Source of the DNA: Mayamaea pseudoterrestris
Lineage: Eukaryota
Direction: 5' to 3'
Length of the DNA stretch: 64,000 nt
Assembly (NCBI GenBank): GCA_027923505.1
Contig: BROI01000005.1
Coordinates: 1,116,001-1,180,000, forward strand
A program made the position numbers and the translations under genes. Under the pieces are notes generated by a model that saw only the letters and a program-made list of their open reading frames with translations, did not search any database and had not been told where the DNA came from. Shown one piece after another: positions 32,268-42,323 of this stretch (position 1 is the stretch's first letter; every line of letters begins with the position of its first letter).

Positions 32268-33818
32268 ATGGAAGAACCCTCCACTCTTGCGGACGCTCTA
32301 CTGGATGATCTTGACGAATTGTCGGACCAAGAAAATGGAAATGAACTCGGAAAACAACTCAGCAACGACGACGATTCCTTTAGCTTCTCACGAAATTTAA
32401 CGATCGACGATAGCTTTCTTCATGATCCCCAATTATTGAACCACCTGAACTCTATCCGAGAAAGCGAAAATGTGGTTCTGGCAGCGACAGAAATAGAATT
32501 GAAACAAGAGCTTGACGATGATGAGTACACGCTAATCGTTCAATCGAACAAGCAACTTGCTCGCTTGGCGGATGAACTATCGCGCGCTCATGGTCATCTA
32601 TGCGAACTTTACCAGGCAAAATTTCCAGAACTGGAGGAGATTTTACCCAATCCCGTCCAGTATAAGAATGCTGTGAAGATTATTCGAAACGAAATGGATA
32701 TTTCGCTCATCAATGATGGCTTGAATGAGTTTCTCACGCCGAACCAAGTCTTGACTGTTTCGGTCTCTGCTTCCACGACCTCTGGTCGTCCCTTGAAGGA
32801 AGACGTACTAATAAATGTAGATCAAGCGATTAAGTATATGGAAGACCTTATCAATCTGCAGGATGAACTCTCGGCTTTTGTCGGCCGGCGGATGGAGCGA
32901 ATCGCGCCAAATGTTTCAGCAATATTAGGACCAAGACTAACGGCGCAGCTGCTAGGACTAGCTGGAGGGCTAGAGGAATTGTCAAAAATTCCTGCTTGTA
33001 ACTTGCAGGTAATTGGTCAAACGCGGCAAACTAGTTCCAGTCGAGGCGGCATGAGTTCCACTCATACACGACCCAATGAAGGCATTCTACGAGAATGTGT
33101 TTTGGTGCAGCAATGCGCCAGGAATTTTCAGTTGAAAGCTTTAAAGACAGTCGTAGCCAAAGTTGCATTGGCCGCTCGATGTGACTTTGTTAATCTTTCG
33201 TCAGGTCGGGACCGAGATGACAGTGCAGGGCGAGCGTTTTACCAAGAGATCGAAGGACGGATTAAGAAGTTTGGAGAGGGCGATAAAGCGCCAACGCTCA
33301 AGACACTCCCAAAGTAAGTTAAGCGTGACGAAATCGTATGAGTTTTTATATATGCACACTGGTTGACGCGTTTTTCTCTAAACAGACCCGACCTTACAAT
33401 TAAAAAGCGGCGTGGAGGTAAAAGGATCCGCCGCCTCAAAGAGAAGTTTGAAGAGACGGCCATGATGAAGCAAGCAAACACCCGAGCGTTTGGAACGCAA
33501 GCAGGCGAGTATGGTGACGATGTCATGGGCTTGACCAGAGGCCTTCTTGATACACAGGATGTCAGCGCAGGTGGGGCTTTGAGAAAGAAGACGGAGAAGC
33601 GCAAGATGACGTATGCGAATACGAAGGCCTCGAGGAAAAAGATTGCGCAAATGAATGCCAGCAACCCGACGAGTGGCTTGGCCACTAGCGTTGCGTTTAC
33701 GCCTGTGCAGGGCATGGAGCTTGTTGATCCAGATGCGAATAAACATCGGGTGGCGCAAGCTAACAAGAATTGGTTTAGTGAAAGCGCTGGATTCATTTCG
33801 GCGCTGCCAAAGCTCTAA
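32268..33818 (+). CDS. PRP31: U4/U6 snRNP protein PRP31; exons 32268-33313, 33386-33818
   Basis: TLADALLDDLDEL, YQAKFPELE, IAPNVSAILG, SKIPACNLQVIG, KVALAARCD, KKRRGGKRIRRLKE, SGLATSVAFTPVQGMEL. GT-AG intron 33314-33385. Confidence 0.96.
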
Positions 33819-33836
33819 ATAAAAATGATTTATCAC

Positions 33837-33837
<1 letters not shown>

Positions 33838-33876
<39 letters not shown>
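33838..33876. repeat. (TGC)13 / (GCA)13 microsatellite
   Basis: Perfect trinucleotide run read directly, lying between the convergent PRP31 and PPR stop codons. Confidence 0.95.
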
Positions 33877-33877
<1 letters not shown>

Positions 33878-33885
33878 ACCTATTA

Positions 33886-36159
33886 TTAGCTAGTAACATG
33901 CCGATCTAAAGGACTCGCCCGCAATCGGCCACCTTGTAGCAAATTTCGATTACGTTTGTCACTTAACCGACGCATTTGAAACTCTTTCATGGCGAGTGTT
34001 TCTGTGAGCTGCCCATCGATGGTCAACGGCGTCGTTCGGCGCCCAACAGCGTTTAGTACTCTGCCTCCCAGCACATTTACTGTCCATGGCTCCGGCACAA
34101 TTTTGATGCCCTCTGCGTCTTCGCTTCTGTTGATAACCAACTTGGTGTATTGTTCTACCGTTGTCGCAAGTCGCAGCATTTTGAGAACGTGCTCGTCTAC
34201 CATACCATCTTCAACGCACAAGCGAAACACCTCGTCAACGACACGTTGTCTTTGTTTCCCAAGAGGTAAAAGACTCTTACTTGTTTCAAGAAGGGCTGCA
34301 TATGTGGAAGAATTGGGCTGCAAACCATCTAAACCCTTCATATTTTCAATACTTGAGAGCGCTTCTTTGAAAACGGACAAGCCAACATCCTCCCCTTCGA
34401 CGCGAACCGACCCGCATATCCGAATAAATGCGTTAAATACCTCAACAATGTCATGCGTTTTGTTGTATGTCCTTAAGGTCTCATATTGTTCCATCATACG
34501 CCAAATTATAGCGCGCGCACGTGGCACCCGCTCAACCAAGCTTGTCGTACCCCATATATTAATAGTAAACCGATAGCTATCAGCATTAGGCCGGAGCGAC
34601 TCGAGCGCCTTATCGTAACCGTCTTCGAGGCTTTCAAGCAGCTGCTCCGCCTGGTTCGTCCGTTCTGGATGCTTGCTCGCCGACAATGCTTCGAGCACAT
34701 CATTGATATTCGTCGTTGAAGGCCGTACGGATAGCTGCGTACTTTGTAGATTAGCAACATTCATGTCGGCCAATAGTTCCAGCGATCTTCGCACGGCCAG
34801 CTCCCGATGCTCAAAGTTGTCTGGGTGCAGCGCGCAATTGCGCCAAGTACGAATGGCGGCAGTGTAACAGGCAGCATCTGGAATTATTATTTGCGCCTTC
34901 ATTTTAGTTAAAATGTCATCCACCATTCGTCCAAGCTCTGAAAAATTCGGTCTCTGCGCTGCTGTGTTGAGGACGGAGCGATAGCATGCCAAGTCAGGAT
35001 GTATCGTCGTTATTTCCTTGGCAAGGGCTTGCTCCATAAGTCGAAGGATAGACTGCGCCTTACTTGGTGATGTTCTATCTTCTGCGGTCTCCCACGCCTT
35101 GAGCAGCAGATGGTAGTCTTCCAGACTCGGTTCAAAGTCTTCTTCGCCGTGTTCGCGACGTCTCAGCATCTTCATTAAGTGTCCAGTCGCGTGAAAAGCG
35201 GCGCGCCGATCGCGGCTTCGACACCAAGCCCGAATAACCAGTCGAAAAGATTCCCCGTTAGTTCGAGGAATCTTTTGGAAGATCTGCTCCGCCATGTTGC
35301 CTCTCAAGTGCTCTTGGCTGAATGCCCACGCTTCTAAAACGGCATTGTACGCTTCGACTGTGGGTTTAAGTATGACCCGGCCATCATGTTCATCTGTTGA
35401 GCTCGCTATCAATGTAGCTTCCATCTGTTCTAGAATGTACTGAGCTCGCTGGGGGATGGCGTGCAAATGTTTTCCTTGGGATTTATCGTGCCCAATGCGA
35501 GCAAGAGTGCCAAACGCTCTGAGAAGCGCATTGCATCGCTGAGAGAGTGGAAGGTTTGCGTTATGCCTGTACTCTGAGGTCTGGCCTGATAGCTCCAAGT
35601 CCGTTACATTCATACTTTGAATCAAGAAATCGCTAAGACCATGTTTATTGTGCTTTAGAACAGGTAATAAGAGTTCTAGCATGACCCGAGCTTGCTCAAC
35701 GGCACGAACACGAAGAAGATCGTCAAGAGTATCTGGCGGAACAGATTTATTATAAGCATCCGTTAGCTGCTCAAAATAGCGCATCCAAGCATCAAATACA
35801 GCCAATCGAGCTTGTTCGAGCGAATCTGTGAATCCATCATTCGCCTTTGCTGTGACGACCAGCGAATGTGCCTGCTCGAGCGACTCAACGTTTCCTTGTG
35901 CAAGAATCGGAGTAACTAGATGTAAGAGATGATCCGATCTTGCAGCAGACGCAGAGTCAGATAGAAACCGGAGATGGACAGGACGTGTAAATTCATGATA
36001 AGCGCTCATGAATTTTCGCCCATCTTCCTGCGATGACAAGGCCGTGCGATTCAAATGTTGCGACGTATGAATCTGTGGTCGACGAAGTTGCCTGGCAATT
36101 CCGCGATACAGAAGATGACGATATCGGGCCTGCATGATCAGGTCATTAGTAAGTAGCAT
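33886..36159 (-). CDS. Pentatricopeptide repeat (PPR) protein, probably mitochondrial
   Basis: PPR-like repeats (PTVEAYNAVLEAWA, PDLACYRSVLNTAA, PDAACYTAAIRTW, PNSSTYAALLE) and an Arg-rich N-terminal presequence. Confidence 0.85.
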   Translation of the reverse strand: MLLTNDLIMQARYRHLLYRGIARQLRRPQIHTSQHLNRTALSSQEDGRKFMSAYHEFTRPVHLRFLSDSASAARSDHLLHLVTPILAQGNVESLEQAHSLVVTAKANDGFTDSLEQARLAVFDAWMRYFEQLTDAYNKSVPPDTLDDLLRVRAVEQARVMLELLLPVLKHNKHGLSDFLIQSMNVTDLELSGQTSEYRHNANLPLSQRCNALLRAFGTLARIGHDKSQGKHLHAIPQRAQYILEQMEATLIASSTDEHDGRVILKPTVEAYNAVLEAWAFSQEHLRGNMAEQIFQKIPRTNGESFRLVIRAWCRSRDRRAAFHATGHLMKMLRRREHGEEDFEPSLEDYHLLLKAWETAEDRTSPSKAQSILRLMEQALAKEITTIHPDLACYRSVLNTAAQRPNFSELGRMVDDILTKMKAQIIIPDAACYTAAIRTWRNCALHPDNFEHRELAVRRSLELLADMNVANLQSTQLSVRPSTTNINDVLEALSASKHPERTNQAEQLLESLEDGYDKALESLRPNADSYRFTINIWGTTSLVERVPRARAIIWRMMEQYETLRTYNKTHDIVEVFNAFIRICGSVRVEGEDVGLSVFKEALSSIENMKGLDGLQPNSSTYAALLETSKSLLPLGKQRQRVVDEVFRLCVEDGMVDEHVLKMLRLATTVEQYTKLVINRSEDAEGIKIVPEPWTVNVLGGRVLNAVGRRTTPLTIDGQLTETLAMKEFQMRRLSDKRNRNLLQGGRLRASPLDRHVTS

Positions 36160-36483
36160 GTCAGTATGGTTGATAAGTTTGCGTTAATGAAAGATCTTAC
36201 ATTATTGAGGCCTCACAAACTACGCCCTGCGAAATGACGCACAACGCAAGGTGACTAGCAACGACGGTCGTTGCGCGCGAAGCGCGAAGACACCCACAGA
36301 AGATTACTGAGCAACTGCGAGACCAAGGTGACTCTTTTTGTGTTTTTAATACCGGATCATGACCGATGTGACATGTTGTGGAAACGGACCGATAACAGCC
36401 ACGAATTTTAACGCAAATTTGCTGCAGATCCGTGGTTCTTTCGAAAGCAACAGTACATCATTACGGAGAGTTTAGTGCTCAAA

Positions 36484-37914
36484 ATGAACGAGTCTGATAT
36501 TGACAGTGGTAGTGAGCAAGGAGAACAAATTCGAGTTGCTTTTACGCTCGCCTCGGAATGTTCGGATCGATCGCTCGAGGTTCCACACCATCCCATTAGC
36601 GTCCCCGCGTCAATTACCAATAAAGGTCTTAGTGCGTTGCTGAACCATTTACTCGAACGAACAAGCCAAGAGAGTAAAGATGAACATTCAGCAACGTCCG
36701 CCGTCAAATTTGATTTTGTTCTCGGAAAGAACAATCGACTTCTTCGGGCGGGCGTCGAACGCGAGGCTCGACGTAGCGGCTTGTCACTCGAGGAAGCAGT
36801 GCCAATCACCTATTTTCCCGCCGCTAGGGAACCAGAACTTCAAACGGAAGGAGAGCCACTACCTGATTGGATCGCAAGCATGACATTTTGCAGAAATACT
36901 TTGTTCACTGCTGCTTATGATGGGTCAATGCAGGCTTTTAATACGAGTCAGTGTCAACTGACACGTGTAGCGCAACTCTCACGCGTCCACTCCGGAGCCA
37001 TCAAGTGTTTAACTGCAGTCGAAAACGGAGACTGTTGCTGGATTGCAGCGGGAGCTATGTCCCATACGCTGACGGTCGCCCGATTCACATCTTTAGGTAA
37101 CAAATCAGGTTTGGATCTACATGCATCGTGCGTTGGCGGGCACGCCTCGTCGATTGGGGCCGTGGACCTCTTTCCGTCATTAACGCTCGCCAGCGGTGAC
37201 TGGGATGGTGGTATATGCATCTGGGACTGTGCTCAGGCACCAGAGCACGTGAGTGAGACAACGCCAAGCACGAAAAAAATCAAGACGAACCAGTTGTCCG
37301 CTATGCATACAGTCGACGACCATGGGACTAGTTTCGCTCCCAAAATATCTATCCAGGCCCATGCATCGAAGGTCAGTGGCATTTCTTGGGGAAATTTTGA
37401 AAAGAAGAGAGATAGCAAGCCATCAAGATTGATTTCCGGTAGTTGGGACCACAGCTTGAAACTCTGGGACGTTGAAAGTCGTGACTGCATTCTTACTTTG
37501 AACGGATCCAAGGTTGTGAGCTGTCTCGATACATCGCACCATTCGTCTGGAATCGTTGCTACTGGGCATCCCGATTGTACGGTTCGTCTTTGGGATGTTC
37601 GAGCAGCTGATGCTAAGCAGTCCAATATGGTGATATCGGACAATGCCTTGAAACCAAGTCACAAGGAATGGATCTCATCCGTCAAATGGTCGCCCGACCA
37701 CGCGTTCCACCTTGTTTCAACCTCGCATGATGGGGCTGTCAAATTTTGGGACATTCGGTCTTCCCTTCCTTTGTACACGGTGCGAGCGTTTTCGAAGGAG
37801 CAGAAGGGCTTATGCGCGTCATACGGTGTCGATGGAACAGTGTTTGTCGGCGGAACTGATTGCACGGTGAAGCAGTTTAGATCTGTACTCGCAAGCCAGG
37901 AGGTTCGCACGTAG
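36484..37914 (+). CDS. WDR12: Ribosome biogenesis protein YTM1/WDR12 (UBL/NLE + WD40)
   Basis: QIRVAF...PISVPASI...LSALLNHLL...KFDFVL...LEEAVPITY followed by DWIAS, SGSWDHSLKLWD, TVRLWDVR, SHDGAVKFWDIRS. Confidence 0.9.
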   Translation: MNESDIDSGSEQGEQIRVAFTLASECSDRSLEVPHHPISVPASITNKGLSALLNHLLERTSQESKDEHSATSAVKFDFVLGKNNRLLRAGVEREARRSGLSLEEAVPITYFPAAREPELQTEGEPLPDWIASMTFCRNTLFTAAYDGSMQAFNTSQCQLTRVAQLSRVHSGAIKCLTAVENGDCCWIAAGAMSHTLTVARFTSLGNKSGLDLHASCVGGHASSIGAVDLFPSLTLASGDWDGGICIWDCAQAPEHVSETTPSTKKIKTNQLSAMHTVDDHGTSFAPKISIQAHASKVSGISWGNFEKKRDSKPSRLISGSWDHSLKLWDVESRDCILTLNGSKVVSCLDTSHHSSGIVATGHPDCTVRLWDVRAADAKQSNMVISDNALKPSHKEWISSVKWSPDHAFHLVSTSHDGAVKFWDIRSSLPLYTVRAFSKEQKGLCASYGVDGTVFVGGTDCTVKQFRSVLASQEVRT

Positions 37915-37970
37915 TTAAAGAGTGATAATGAACGACGTTAAGTGTCCGCTACTTTTATGCCTCGCTCAGA

Positions 37971-39566
37971 CTACTTTTTCAGTTTCTCTTTCTTGTATGT
38001 TTCCTCCGCCTCAGCCCGCGTTGGAACAAGGTTGCTCAACCGCCAAGCCGTCTGCATCCAAGCCACTGAAATTATGGCACCAAGATACGACTTTTGCTGA
38101 AGCCCAAAGTTGCCGCTGCCGGCGATTTGAGCTATGGCAGAGATACCGAGCGACATGAGTGACTTTCCGAACCGATATCCAAACACACCAATTACCTCCT
38201 TCCCCAAAAAGCGACTCTCAAAGTCAAGCGGCACAAAAACCATTTCGTCCAGCATGCGTCGGACTGAATACTCGCTTACTTTCATGATAAGCAATGACGC
38301 GCTAACAATGGCAAGCGAAGGATGTTTTAAAGTCGACTGGAAAAAGGTAAATATCATGGTAATGAAAGGTACCACCCGCCAAAGATCTTTTGGTTCAAGA
38401 ATGGTCATTATGGGTGGAAGTATCACAATCTGGATAACCATGGTGATGATATTGACAAGTGAAAAGAACATCCCAACGTATCCCGCGCGCTCCGAGTCGT
38501 TTGGTATGGCCGATTCGAGTCGAGAGACGAAGATGACGTTCAATACCGTTGCCAATCCCTGGCTGGCTAAAATTTCCATAAACAGCGCTCCAAGGACCGG
38601 CACGCGAGCAAACAAATGCAATGCCTTCACAAACATGGATCCCTTGTGCTTGCCACGCTCGCTACTTTTGCTTCCAAACGCTCTGCGTCCCGCGCTGGCA
38701 GCCAGACGGGTTGATGCTTTGCGCTCCGTTGGCGTAAAGCCATACTTGTCGGATGTTTTGTAGGCTAGCGTCGAGAAGAACATGCTCATGAGTAGGGTCA
38801 CTGCAGTCGCCAAAGTAGCCCCCGCCAATCCTATACGATTGACCAGGGGCAGGACACAAACACCTCCCGCCGCACTCGCAATGGAGGTTAAACCAGCGAT
38901 CGGTCCGAACCATTTCGCCGACTGGTTTGGTGTCAATATCGACGCCAAAAATGACCAGAATTGACTTGAAAGCAGCTGAACGTACGCCTCTCTGAATATG
39001 AAGAGAGGACCCGATATTAGCTTGCTGACAGGTAATCCAGCAATGGAACAGCCAGTTTCCTCGGAAATCCCGAGTCCAATGGCGGAAATCGTCATGACAA
39101 TGGCGCAAAAGAAGGTTGATACACTTATCGCACCTCTCGGGCCAAGTCTTTCTAGCACACGAGAATAGCCCATGAGTAACACGAGCGAAACTGGTGAAAC
39201 GAAGGCCATGGCAAAAGGAAAGGCCCAAGAAAACCCTTTGTATCCTGTCGATGCCGATGTGAACAGCGAAACTGTCACTGGCCTAGCAATACTGTAGCCC
39301 CAGTAGTGGCAAGCCATGGCAACAGCAGTGAAAAAGGCAGCTTTTGCTTCTGGTGTCATGGAAATTCCAAGCAAGCGTACTCTTGATTGAGTGGTTGCAG
39401 CTCGTGCCGAGGCGCCGCCGGAAACCGACGTGATCCGTCGAACCACTGCATCCGACGCTACCTGCGCTGCCAAAAAGGTCGCTCCACCTCGACCAATGGA
39501 AAGTACATGTTGCAGTGTCGGAAGGTTCTGCGTTGCCAGTCTCGAAATTACCAATGCTCCCGTCAT
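37971..39566 (-). CDS. Nucleotide transporter, NTT/TLC ADP-ATP carrier family (start uncertain)
   Basis: Multi-TM protein with GYSIARP, SSQFWSFLASILT...AKWFGPIAG, KVSEYSVRRMLDEMVFVPLDFESRFLGKEVIGVFGYRFGKS. Confidence 0.85.
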   Translation of the reverse strand: MTGALVISRLATQNLPTLQHVLSIGRGGATFLAAQVASDAVVRRITSVSGGASARAATTQSRVRLLGISMTPEAKAAFFTAVAMACHYWGYSIARPVTVSLFTSASTGYKGFSWAFPFAMAFVSPVSLVLLMGYSRVLERLGPRGAISVSTFFCAIVMTISAIGLGISEETGCSIAGLPVSKLISGPLFIFREAYVQLLSSQFWSFLASILTPNQSAKWFGPIAGLTSIASAAGGVCVLPLVNRIGLAGATLATAVTLLMSMFFSTLAYKTSDKYGFTPTERKASTRLAASAGRRAFGSKSSERGKHKGSMFVKALHLFARVPVLGALFMEILASQGLATVLNVIFVSRLESAIPNDSERAGYVGMFFSLVNIITMVIQIVILPPIMTILEPKDLWRVVPFITMIFTFFQSTLKHPSLAIVSASLLIMKVSEYSVRRMLDEMVFVPLDFESRFLGKEVIGVFGYRFGKSLMSLGISAIAQIAGSGNFGLQQKSYLGAIISVAWMQTAWRLSNLVPTRAEAEETYKKEKLKK

Positions 39567-39798
39567 GGTAGTTGATGGTACTTTCGTATGATGTGACAAG
39601 ATCAGCGGTGATGGTGGATCCAACTTTCCGCATGTATTGTCGTACCGGCACAACAATGTTGTCTCATTAGATACCGGTGCGACTAAAAAGTATTTGTGTG
39701 GGCGGTAGATGAACCCATTCGGCGCCCAAGTCGCTAAGGATCGTTCCATCATATTGCACTTTTGAGTCAATTAAGTACTATATCCATCTAATTGCCTG

Positions 39799-40860
39799 AT
39801 GAGCGGCGAGCGAACAACTAAGCGAAGCGCTGAAATTGCCGGATCAGGTGCCGTCAAGAGACTGCGAGTCGGTATTGACTCCAATGCTCACGACGGCGCA
39901 GCGTTAGATGAGGATGTGTCCTTTGTGGAATCTATGTTGGCTGTCCCACTCGATATTATCTACTATAAAGGACCAGGGACACGGGCCAAGCCACTGCTAA
40001 CACGAGCGGAAGCGCAGTGTCTTGTCTACGTCAGCTTGCTCGCGCATGAAGTTGATTCTCTGACTGCCATCACCGCCCAAGTTTGCGAGCACCGCCACGT
40101 TTATGATAGCTTTGCCGACAAGCTCCGGAAATGCAATCAAAATCAACGCCTAAATCCGCTATTGAGCATTCTGTACGTTCTTGGTCGGCAATTTCCCGAT
40201 CAAACTCTCGAAAAGATTAGGGTTGAGCTATTTTCGGCATCGTCGGAGCTCCGCCTGGTGCATGCAAATTTAAAACAATACTCTGAGCAGAACTGGGCAC
40301 TCTCGGAATCACTTTTGGATGCCGGTCCGGAAGGTGAAGATGTCGCTAAAGGAAAGCGCAAGCTTTCTGATATTCAAGACGAGCTTTGTGATCGCATTTC
40401 TGCATTGCTAGACGAGAGTAATGACAATGGCACCAAAGCCCTCGCCTTTCCTCCATGTGAAACCATGGCAGCATTCTGTCAGCGCATTATGAACCGCGTG
40501 GAAGTGTCGTCGCCGCCTCGAGCGTCGCAGCAGTCATCGGTTTTACTGTCTGTAAAGGGCCAGACGCAGGAATCGGAGCGATCTCACTTGGATGCACTTG
40601 CTGCGTCGTCCCACCCCCCGCGGCACCTCGAAAAGGAAAATGACGATCCTAGTCAGCAAGCGCCGCAACAACAACGAAACCTTAATGTTGCATCGCCGCA
40701 GGAGGAGTCGCCCATGTCGGGCAAAGACGAAGATGACAACTCGCCGATGCAGCGTTTACGCTATGGGCCTGAGACACAGTACGCTGCCGATGCTTTGAGC
40801 TCACTGATGGTAGTTGCGAGGGCACAGGCGCCGGACGGATCCAATCAAAGTGCAAAGTGA
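39799..40860 (+). CDS. Hypothetical protein, 353 aa, probably nuclear
   Basis: ATG ORF with a bipartite NLS-like KRSAEIAGSGAVKRLR, a helical core and a disordered C-terminus. Confidence 0.65.
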   Translation: MSGERTTKRSAEIAGSGAVKRLRVGIDSNAHDGAALDEDVSFVESMLAVPLDIIYYKGPGTRAKPLLTRAEAQCLVYVSLLAHEVDSLTAITAQVCEHRHVYDSFADKLRKCNQNQRLNPLLSILYVLGRQFPDQTLEKIRVELFSASSELRLVHANLKQYSEQNWALSESLLDAGPEGEDVAKGKRKLSDIQDELCDRISALLDESNDNGTKALAFPPCETMAAFCQRIMNRVEVSSPPRASQQSSVLLSVKGQTQESERSHLDALAASSHPPRHLEKENDDPSQQAPQQQRNLNVASPQEESPMSGKDEDDNSPMQRLRYGPETQYAADALSSLMVVARAQAPDGSNQSAK

Positions 40861-40930
40861 TAACACGTAGACATATCTAATTTGAGGAAGAGGTGACTGG
40901 AAAACAAAGATAGTTTGCTATAATTGTGAT

Positions 40931-41806
40931 CTAGAAAGGAATAGCCTTTCCAAAAAGAAGGGTGTGCGTAATGGCACCGATGAAGGCAATCATTCCCAGT
41001 CGGGCATGAACAACCTCGCTCTCCTTGCGGTATCTAACTTGCTCAGGAGTCATCTTCTTTAACATGCCACCGTCGAGACCATAGTCCCCAGGTTCGCCAT
41101 CGCCATAGTGTAGGTAAAAGGTGGTCAACTCAAGGGCCGCAATGAAGAGGAAAATTTGCAGGTTGGCGGCAAAGCCAACACTGGATGGAGCTCCAAAGAT
41201 ATCCGTATTGGTAAACTGCTCACCTGGGACATGGATGCCTGATTGCTGCACGAGAATCCCAACGGTTGCTAGCATGGCCTTGAAGTTGAAATGCTCAAAA
41301 AGGTGAGTAAAATCGACCGGCGCATCTCGAAGTCATTGATCAAAACTTACAATGCGACCATTCTTAAGTTCGCCCCAGCGAGCGTACTTTAAGTCTGCCT
41401 GAATGTCAGACCTGTGAGGTGAGACAGAATAAATGCAATTCTAAGTGTTCACGTAAAGCGATGTGAGCGCGTGTGCGCTGTGCGCCCGTACAAAAATTAT
41501 AACTGTGAAAATGTGAAACGAACTTACAATCGCATTGGATCAAAACCCATATCTCCCGGCAAAGAGCCGTCAAGCTTGTCTGGTTTGACCAAAAATGGAA
41601 TCGACTTGGACATTTCCTCGGCATGAAGTGCAACTGCATTGGCCCGTGGTGCCTGTGGTTGGAAAAATATAAAGGGTGAGCGGAATAGTGCTCTTGAAAC
41701 GCGCGATTTTGTTGTTTCTTAAAGTTTGACTACACCATACCGTGGAGCGGGGTGCAAACGCCGAAGCGCTGGCCAACAAAGCGGCTACGATCGTGGACTT
41801 CATCAT
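40931..41806 (-). CDS. Fucoxanthin-chlorophyll a/c light-harvesting protein (Lhcr-like); exons 41806-41741, 41652-41528, 41411-41351, 41278-40931
   Basis: Spliced product [43 protein letters not shown]...[34 protein letters not shown]...[13 protein letters not shown]. Perfect ASAFAP motif; three GT-AG introns. Confidence 0.95.
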
Positions 41807-42323
41807 GGTAACAAATAGACGTTGTTTGACGAACACGACGAGGAATCAAGTTGATGGAAGATCGCGAGGATCATCTTCAAGAAGTGGTGACAAATCAGTT
41901 AAGGTTAAAGTTTAGCTGCATGACACGTCGACTTTGATTGGCAATCGAAAATGACTGGGTGCGCCATGGAGAGGACCTCTGCCGTATATATTACCGGTAC
42001 AGCTTATATGGCATTTCAGCAGCCAAAAAGTCTCTAGATCCTCGTCAAAGGTTGTTATTCCCTAGAGCAAAGGTATGTTAATGTTATTGCACACGCCCTT
42101 TAACCATCTATGACCCATTCGGCTTGGCGAGAAATATGAGCGAGGAAATAGATAGCAAAAACTATGCAATGAAAATGACATTGGTCGAGGGATAGTGACA
42201 TAAACAAAAGTCTAGCGGCAATGATTGGAAAATATGGGATTCTTGTGCCGTATTTATACGTCGTCAGACCGTATGCGGAAGAAATAATGGTTCCGTTAAA
42301 GCATACCTCATCCTTTGAGCTAA

